A stretch of DNA of 52,376 nucleotides, taken from Clostridia bacterium (lineage in GTDB: Bacteria; Bacillota; Sulfobacillia; RBS10-35; JADGHG01). The DNA is taken from positions 1-52,376 of the forward strand of contig JADGHG010000003.1 of NCBI GenBank assembly GCA_019689585.1, read 5' to 3'. The notes beneath the pieces were generated by a model, which saw only the letters and a program-made list of their open reading frames with translations, had not been told where the DNA came from and ran no database searches. The position numbers and the translations under genes are program-made. This document shows, piece after piece, positions 46,164 through 52,376 of this stretch. The stretch's first letter is position 1, and each line of letters opens with the position of its first letter.

Positions 46164-47435
46164 ATGGGGGACGAAGAGCGGACGGCCGCCCGGGCCCGAG
46201 GGACGGTGGGCGGCGAAGGCGGGCGCGCCGAGGAGCTCCAGCCGGCCACCCTCGCCGTGCACGCCGGCCGGCCCGGCTGGCGCGGCGACGGCGAGACGGG
46301 CCTTCCCCGCACGGCCGGCATCCCGACCTCGCCGCCGATCCACCTGAGCACCGCCTACTGGCACCCGACGGCCGAGGACCTCGACCGCGCGATGGCGGGC
46401 GAGCCGGGGCGGTACAGCTACGCCCGCTTCGGAAGCCCGACCGTGGCCGCCCTCGAGGAGGCGCTCGCCGCCCTCGAGGGCACGGAGGCGGCGTGCGCGT
46501 ACCCCTCGGGCATGGCGGCCGTCTTCGCCGCGCTCTCCGCCGCGGGTCTCGGCCCGGGGACGTCGCTCCTCCTCTCCCGGGACGTCTACGGCGCGACGCT
46601 CGCCCTCGCCCGCGACCACTTCGCCCCCCTCGGCGTCGAGGTGAGGACGGTCGACGCGACCGACCTCCGGGCCGTCGCCCAGGCGCTCGCCGAGACCCGG
46701 CCGACCGCCTTCCTCTTCGAGTCCGTCTCGAACCCGCTCCTGCGCGTGGCGGACGGCCCGGAGCTCGTGCGGCTCGCGAAGGCGGCCGGGGCGCGCGTCG
46801 TCGTCGACAACACCTTCGCCACGCCGCTTGGCGCCCGGCCGGCCGAGTGGGGCGCCGACTTCGTCGTCCACAGCACAACCAAGTTCCTCGCCGGCCACGG
46901 CGACGTCCTGGGGGGCGCCGTGCTCAGCTCGGCCGCGGACCGCGAGCTCCTTTCGGCGCGCACGAAGCTCATCGGCTCGGTGCCCTCCCCCTTCGACGCC
47001 TGGCTCGCCTTGCGCGGCCTAAGGACCCTCCACGTGCGCCTCGCCCGCCAGGAGGAGAACGCCGCCCGGCTCGCCGACTGGCTCGCCGGCCACCCGGCCG
47101 TCGCCCGCGTCCACTATCCCGGCCGGCCTGACCACCCCGATCACGAGGTGGCGCGGCGCGTCCTCCGCGGCCCGGGGGCCATGGTCTCGGCCGATCTCGC
47201 GGGCGGCCGGCCAGCCGCCTCGCGGCTCCTCGCCTCGGTGAGGCTCTGGGTGCCCGCCACGACCCTCGGCGACTGCCACTCGCTCGTCCTCTACCCGGCC
47301 GAGAGCTCGCACCGCGGCCTCACCCCGGCCGAGCGGCACGCGCTCGGCATCGGCGACGGGCTCGTCCGCTTCTCGGTCGGCATCGAAGCTTTCGAGGACC
47401 TCCGGCGCGACCTCGCGCGCGCGCTCGCCGGCTGA
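46164..47435 (+). CDS. PLP-dependent cystathionine gamma-synthase/methionine gamma-lyase family enzyme
   Basis: YARFGSPT, SGMAA, DNTFATP, HSTTKFLAGHGD, RFSVGIE. Confidence 0.9.
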   Translation: MGDEERTAARARGTVGGEGGRAEELQPATLAVHAGRPGWRGDGETGLPRTAGIPTSPPIHLSTAYWHPTAEDLDRAMAGEPGRYSYARFGSPTVAALEEALAALEGTEAACAYPSGMAAVFAALSAAGLGPGTSLLLSRDVYGATLALARDHFAPLGVEVRTVDATDLRAVAQALAETRPTAFLFESVSNPLLRVADGPELVRLAKAAGARVVVDNTFATPLGARPAEWGADFVVHSTTKFLAGHGDVLGGAVLSSAADRELLSARTKLIGSVPSPFDAWLALRGLRTLHVRLARQEENAARLADWLAGHPAVARVHYPGRPDHPDHEVARRVLRGPGAMVSADLAGGRPAASRLLASVRLWVPATTLGDCHSLVLYPAESSHRGLTPAERHALGIGDGLVRFSVGIEAFEDLRRDLARALAG

Positions 47436-47571
47436 AGGCGTCCTTCGGGCGTCGAAGGAATCGGCGCGCCGAGGTGCCGAATCGGTTTCTTCGGAACGCG
47501 AGGGATCTCCGGCGAGACCGCAAGGCACAGACGGCGACGGGGGCCTTCCCGGCCCGGGCGGGGCCGGGGCG

Positions 47572-48825
47572 GTGGCCCCGGCCCGCACGGCGACACCGCG
47601 CCGCGCCTGGCCGAAGGCCGTGGCCGCGCTCGGCGAGCCGAACTTCCGTCTCTTCTGGGTCGGCCTCTTCCTTTCGAACGTCGGGTCCTGGATCCAGACG
47701 GTCGCGCAGGGCTGGCTCGTCTACGAGCTCACCGACTCTTCCGCCTACCTCGGCGCCGTCGGGGCAAGCCGCGCCGTGCCGCTCGTCGCCCTCTCGCTCG
47801 TCGGCGGCACCTTCGCCGACCGCTTCGACCGTCGCCGCCTCCTCTACGCGACGAACGCCGCCTCGGCCGCCCTCGCCCTCGCGCTCGCCGTCGACACCTG
47901 GCTCGGCTGGGTGAGGCCGTGGCACGTGCTGGCGACGAGCTTCCTCGCGGCCGCCGTCCTGGCCTTCGACCAGCCGGCGCGCCAGGCGCTCTTGCCGGCC
48001 CTCGTGCCGCGCGAGCTCCTCCTGAACGCCATCTCGCTCAACTCGATGACCTTCAACGGCGCCGCCATCCTGGGCTCGGCCCTCGGCGGGGCGCTCGTCG
48101 CGCCGATCGGCACAGGCGGCTGCTTCTTCGTGAACGGGCTGAGCTTCGGCATCGTCATCCTCGCGCTTCGCCGGATGCGCCTTCCCTCGGGCGCGGCCGG
48201 CTCCCCGGGGCGCCCGGGCGGCTCGCTCCTCGGCGACCTGGCGGAGGCGCTCGCCTACGTGCGGCGGAGGCGGGTGATCCTCGCGCTCCTTGTCACGGCC
48301 GCAGGCACGAGCTTCTTCGCGCGCGGCTACCAGGCGCTCCTGCCCGTCTTCGCGCGCGACGTCCTCGCCGTCGGCGTGCGCGGCCTCGGGTGGCTGTCGG
48401 CGGCGCCGGGCGCGGGGACGGTGGCCGGGGCGCTCTCGCTCGCCGCGCTCGGGGAGGTGGGCGGCAAAGGCCGACTCCTCCTCGCGACCTCGCTCGGACT
48501 CGCCGGCACGCTCGTCGGCTTCGCCTACGCGCGGAGCCTCGTCCTCGCCGCGCTCCTCCTGCTCCTATCGGGGGCCTTCTCGATCCTGGCGAGCGCCACG
48601 CTGCAGACGCTGCTCCAGCTCGGCGTCGACGACCGCATGCGGGGGCGCGTCATGAGCATGTACACGCTCACGATGCTCGGGATGATGCCGCTCGGCCAGC
48701 TGCCGCTGGGCGCGGCCGCGGACCTCGTCGGGGCGCCGGCCGCCGTCGCGCTCGGCGCCCTCTTGGCGGCCCTCTGCGTCTCGGGAGCGGCGCTCTGGGA
48801 GCCGCGCCTCGCCCGCGCCCGGTAG
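47572..48825 (+). CDS. MFS transporter (MFS_3/H+ antiporter-like)
   Basis: NFRLFW..LFLSNVGSWIQ, GTFADRFDRRR, RGRVMS. Confidence 0.88.
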   Translation: MAPARTATPRRAWPKAVAALGEPNFRLFWVGLFLSNVGSWIQTVAQGWLVYELTDSSAYLGAVGASRAVPLVALSLVGGTFADRFDRRRLLYATNAASAALALALAVDTWLGWVRPWHVLATSFLAAAVLAFDQPARQALLPALVPRELLLNAISLNSMTFNGAAILGSALGGALVAPIGTGGCFFVNGLSFGIVILALRRMRLPSGAAGSPGRPGGSLLGDLAEALAYVRRRRVILALLVTAAGTSFFARGYQALLPVFARDVLAVGVRGLGWLSAAPGAGTVAGALSLAALGEVGGKGRLLLATSLGLAGTLVGFAYARSLVLAALLLLLSGAFSILASATLQTLLQLGVDDRMRGRVMSMYTLTMLGMMPLGQLPLGAAADLVGAPAAVALGALLAALCVSGAALWEPRLARAR

Positions 48826-48859
48826 GCGGCGCGCGCGCCCGGGCGCGGCGCCCGGCGGT

Positions 48860-49972
48860 TCAGCTCGGGACGAGCTCGGCCTCGGCCTCCCGCACGCGGG
48901 CGATCCGGTCCCAGCGCACCTCGTAGCCGATGCCGGGCCCCTTCGGCGGGAGGATGGTGCCCTCCGGCGTGACGACGACGGGCGGCTCGATGATGTCCTC
49001 GTCCCAGTAGCGGGAGCTCGCCGCCGTGTCGCCGGGGAGCGTGAAGCCGGGGAGCGTCGTGATGGCGACGTTGTGGGCGCGGCCGATCCCCGTCTCGAGC
49101 ATGCCGCCGCACCAGACGGGCACGCCGGCCGCGCGGCAGACGTCGTGGAGCTCGAGCGAGCGCTCGAGCCCCCCGACCCGCCCGATCTTGACGTTCACGA
49201 CGCGGCAGGCGCCGATCGCGATCGCCTTCTCGGCGTCCTCGGGCGTGTGGATGCTCTCGTCGAGGCAGATCGGCGTCCGGAGCCGCGACTGCAGCCGCGC
49301 GTGCCAGACGATGTCGTCGTGGCCGAGCGGTTGCTCGATCATCATGAGGTCGTAGTCGTCGAGCCGGGCGAGGTGGTCGGCATCGGCGAGCCGGTAGGCC
49401 GAGTTGGCGTCGACCATGACGGGCACGTCGGGGAAGGCGCGGCGCACGGCCGCCACGTACTCGAGGTCGGCGCCGGGGGCGATCTTGAGCTTCACGCGCC
49501 GGTAGCCGGCCGCCAGGTAGCCTTCGACCTTCCGCACGAGCGCCTCGGGCGAGGGCTGGATCCCGACCGAGATGCCGACCGGGATCGGCCGCCAGCTCCC
49601 GCCGAGCGCCTCCCAGAGGGGGATGCCGCGCGCCTTGGCGTAGGCGTCCCAGATCGCGCTCTCGATCGCCGACTTCGCCATGCGGTTCCCGCGGATGAAG
49701 TCGAGCTTCGGCGCCACCTCGCGCGGGTGGTCGAAGTCGGCGCCGAGAAGGGCCGGCGCGAGGAAGTCCCTCAGCATGAGGAACGCGCCCTCGACCCACT
49801 CCTCGTTGTAGAGGGGCTCGACCATCGCGACGCACTCGGCCACGCCGACGGCGCCTTCGACGTCGGCCTCGACCAGGATGACGCGCTTCTCCTCCTCGAC
49901 CCCGAAGCTCGTGCGGAAGGGCTCCTTCATCCGCATGCGCAGGACGTGCAGCCGGACGCGTTCGAGCCTCAC
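48860..49972 (-). CDS. menC: o-Succinylbenzoate synthase / N-succinylamino acid racemase (enolase superfamily)
   Basis: PFRTSFG, KLK, DANSAY, IEQP, LDES, WCGGMLE, PGDT. Confidence 0.9.
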   Translation of the reverse strand: MRLERVRLHVLRMRMKEPFRTSFGVEEEKRVILVEADVEGAVGVAECVAMVEPLYNEEWVEGAFLMLRDFLAPALLGADFDHPREVAPKLDFIRGNRMAKSAIESAIWDAYAKARGIPLWEALGGSWRPIPVGISVGIQPSPEALVRKVEGYLAAGYRRVKLKIAPGADLEYVAAVRRAFPDVPVMVDANSAYRLADADHLARLDDYDLMMIEQPLGHDDIVWHARLQSRLRTPICLDESIHTPEDAEKAIAIGACRVVNVKIGRVGGLERSLELHDVCRAAGVPVWCGGMLETGIGRAHNVAITTLPGFTLPGDTAASSRYWDEDIIEPPVVVTPEGTILPPKGPGIGYEVRWDRIARVREAEAELVPS

Positions 49973-50904
49973 CCCGCCCCACCCCCTCCGTCGACGAGGA
50001 CATAGGCGCCGACGCCGCGCGCCCGGTCCCGCCGGAAGGCGACGGCCAGCGCGCCCGCGGCGAACGCTCGCTGGGCCACCTCCGCCGAGGCCGCCCGCCA
50101 CTCCTTCGCGAGCCCCATGTCGCGCGCCTTCATGTCCTGGTAGTCGAGCGGGATCTCGACCAGCCAACGGATGGGGGCGATACGGTCCGCGGCGGCCGGG
50201 GGCGGCTCGGGCGCGCGGAACGCGTGGATGGGGAGGGCGCCGCCCGAGCCTCCGCCATCCGATCCGCCCGGGGACGGGCCGCGGAGCGCGTCGAGCGCCC
50301 GGCCGACCCGGGGGACGACGAGGCCGTCCTCGCGCGGCACGGCGGCGAGCAGCACCTCGGGTTCCACCCCCTCGCCGTCCGCGGGCGAGGCCGGGGGCGC
50401 GGCGGCGTCCGTCACCCACCACTCGCACCAGAACCGGTCCGAGGGGACGCCGCGGTTCAGCGGGTCGTCCATCTCGCCGTAGTGGTTCGGCAGGAAGCGG
50501 CGCACGAGCGCGCCCAACACGTTCAGGTTGAAGTTCGCGTTCCCGGCCTGCAGCGGGTCGAACGTCCAGGTGATGAGGGGGAGCCCGCGCGCGCGCGCGA
50601 TCTCGTACTGGCGGCGCTTCAAGGCGGTGCCGACCCCGAGCCCCCGGAAGCCCGGCCGCACCGCCGCCATGTGCGACCAGAGCCAGGCGCGCCGCCCGTC
50701 GTAGGCGAGGAGGGCGTAGACGAAGCCGACGACCTCGCCGCCCAGGCGGGCGACGAGCGCCATGCCGCCGCACTCGACCGTCACCATGAGGACGTTCGCG
50801 GGGACGACGACGGACGGGCTCCACGTCTCGGCCTGGATGCGCTCGATGGCGGCGAAGTCCGCGAGCGTCTCCGCCGGCTCGACGCGGACAGCCTCACTGT
50901 ACAT
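49969..50904 (-). CDS. GNAT acyltransferase (D-amino acid N-succinyltransferase-like)
   Basis: SHMAAV...RGLGVG.ALK..Q, WTFDPL..NA..N, YG.M.D.LN.G.PSDR; overlaps the OSBS start. Confidence 0.85.
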   Translation of the reverse strand: MYSEAVRVEPAETLADFAAIERIQAETWSPSVVVPANVLMVTVECGGMALVARLGGEVVGFVYALLAYDGRRAWLWSHMAAVRPGFRGLGVGTALKRRQYEIARARGLPLITWTFDPLQAGNANFNLNVLGALVRRFLPNHYGEMDDPLNRGVPSDRFWCEWWVTDAAAPPASPADGEGVEPEVLLAAVPREDGLVVPRVGRALDALRGPSPGGSDGGGSGGALPIHAFRAPEPPPAAADRIAPIRWLVEIPLDYQDMKARDMGLAKEWRAASAEVAQRAFAAGALAVAFRRDRARGVGAYVLVDGGGGAG

Positions 50905-50999
50905 ATGGCAGTCACACTTCTCTGGCCGCGGGCGCTTCCCCTTCTCGCTGGGCTCGCCCGGCCTGGGGTAGAATGCGGTGGACCCGGAGGGATGGCGCG

Positions 51000-51272
51000 T
51001 TGTCCGAGGAGCACGGCCGCTTCACCACCCAGGGCCTCGAGGTGTACACCGAGTTCGTCGACGAGCACGGGACCCCGGTCAAGGTGAAGGACAGCGGCGC
51101 CGCCGCCCCGCGCGTCTGGATCCTCACGCACAACGCCCACCTCGACCTCGAAGGCGCCCGCCGCGTGCGCGACGCGCTCGACCGCTTCATCGCCAAGCAC
51201 GCGCCTCACGACGAGGCGGCCCCGGCCGCCCCGAGCCCGACCGGCACCACCTCGCCCAAGGCGGCCAAGTAA
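51000..51272 (+). CDS. Small hypothetical protein
   Basis: RBS GGAGGG before TTG 51000, high GC3 codons, globular-looking sequence. Confidence 0.6.
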   Translation: MSEEHGRFTTQGLEVYTEFVDEHGTPVKVKDSGAAAPRVWILTHNAHLDLEGARRVRDALDRFIAKHAPHDEAAPAAPSPTGTTSPKAAK

Positions 51273-52376
51273 AGGTACGCCTCGCGCACGGGGACGCCCG
51301 TGATCTCGCGCACGGCGCGGGCGTACGTGCGCACCTGCCCCTCGTGCCGCCGCAGGAGCTCGGCCGCCCCGCCGGCGGGCTCCCGGTCCGTCTTGAAGTC
51401 GACGAGGAGCCAGCCGGGCTCACCGCCCTCGTACGCGCGCGGCCCGGCCAAAAGGTCGACGACGCCCTGGACGACGACGAGGTCGTCGGGCGCCGCGACG
51501 ACGCCCGGGTAGGCTTCGGAGGCGCCGAGGCCGAGGGTGAACATCCACTCGCGGCGGACGTCCTCCGGGTGCGCGAGGATCCTCCGCCCGACCTCGCTCG
51601 CGAAGAAGGACGTCACCCAGGCCGGGTCGACGGCGCCCGCGGCCGCCTCGCGTACGTACCCGAGCTCTCGGAGCCGCTCGAGGGTGGCGCGCACCTCCGC
51701 CTCGCCCGGCGGCCGCCCCGGCACGAGGGGCAGGTGTTCGAAGACGAGGTGGAGCGCCGTCCCGACCTCGGCCCCCGTCGGCTCACCCGAGCCTCCGGAC
51801 GCCAAAGGACGGGGGCGGACGGACGCCCCGCCCCGCGCGGGCTTCGCCTCGCCGAGCGGCGCGGCCTCCTCCCCGCCGGGATCGGCCGGCCACTCCCAGT
51901 CGCTGGCCGCCCGTTTCGCCGGCCGGTCGGCGAGCGCCCCGTAGGGGTACGCGAAGGTGAGGCGGGCGGCGAGCTCCGCCGTCCGCCTGTCCAGCTCCCC
52001 CTCGCCTCCAGCGTCGCCTTCGCCTACGGGGGCCTGGCCGGACGCGGCGGCCGGGCCGGCGGGCCGGGCGCCCGGAGGCTCCGCGCCGCCCGGGCCGCGC
52101 GCGCCGTCGAAGTGGGCCTCGAGCTCTTCGGCGGCGTGGAACGTGAGCGACCAGGGCGGCTCGCCCGCCTCGGCCTCGGCGAGGGCCGCCGGCACGACCC
52201 AGTCGAGGTAGGTGCGGGCGGCGAAGAAGGCCCCTTGCGGGATCGGCTCGCCCGGACCGGGCGCGTCGAGCTCCCAAGCGAGGCGCCGGTCGGCGAGCTC
52301 GCTCACCGAACCGACGAGCACGAGGCGGTCGCGCGCCCTCGTGAGCGCCACGTAGAGGACGCGCGCCTCCTCGGCC
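51206..52376 (-). CDS. addA: Helicase-nuclease AddA C-terminal part (partial)
   Basis: EEARVLYVALTRA (helicase motif VI), GTALH, QGVVD...VDFKTD...Q...Y RecB-family nuclease. Confidence 0.88.
   Translation of the reverse strand, partial: AEEARVLYVALTRARDRLVLVGSVSELADRRLAWELDAPGPGEPIPQGAFFAARTYLDWVVPAALAEAEAGEPPWSLTFHAAEELEAHFDGARGPGGAEPPGARPAGPAAASGQAPVGEGDAGGEGELDRRTAELAARLTFAYPYGALADRPAKRAASDWEWPADPGGEEAAPLGEAKPARGGASVRPRPLASGGSGEPTGAEVGTALHLVFEHLPLVPGRPPGEAEVRATLERLRELGYVREAAAGAVDPAWVTSFFASEVGRRILAHPEDVRREWMFTLGLGASEAYPGVVAAPDDLVVVQGVVDLLAGPRAYEGGEPGWLLVDFKTDREPAGGAAELLRRHEGQVRTYARAVREITGVPVREAYLYLAALGEVVPVGLGAAGAASS

Noticed and set aside
139-52277. Many long Arg/Pro/Ala-rich ORFs (e.g. 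16550-18874, 39575-42466, 44075-47131) and long N-terminal extensions in the ORF track
   Set aside because: Antisense or off-frame shadows of recognisable genes, expected in very high-GC DNA; no motifs

Overview
High-GC bacterial chromosome segment, probably a Bacillota (Firmicutes) lineage, judged from an AddA-type helicase-nuclease at the right edge, PepF, PepC and sigma-A-like promoters. The backbone carries peptide and amino-acid catabolism genes (PepF, two S9 peptidases, PepC, hutU, hutI, a ureohydrolase, a fused pxpBC, a GNAT plus OSBS/NSAR pair and a PLP trans-sulfuration enzyme), thyA, transporters, an ABC-F protein and two divergent OmpR-type two-component systems. Four visibly lower-GC accessory inserts each encode Cys-rich, probably exported proteins. 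(1) 14.1-16.4 kb: an operon encoding a 22-Cys RlpA-like/DPBB protein with no signal peptide, a Tat-signal protein, a MauE/DoxX protein and a lipoprotein. (2) 23.2-24.1 kb: a degraded pro-peptide/CxxxC precursor plus a 4-TM partner. (3) 26.6-31.5 kb: a 6-Cys secreted peptide plus a MacB-type ABC transporter, lying between IS481 and IS256 remnants. (4) 34.2-36.0 kb: an intact paralogous precursor followed by an array of small membrane-protein paralogs and an orphan C-terminal cassette, an architecture resembling polymorphic toxins, bordered by a diverged hutI/pxpC duplication. No rRNA, tRNA or CRISPR array was seen. All functional calls come from motif recognition by eye; no database searches were run.
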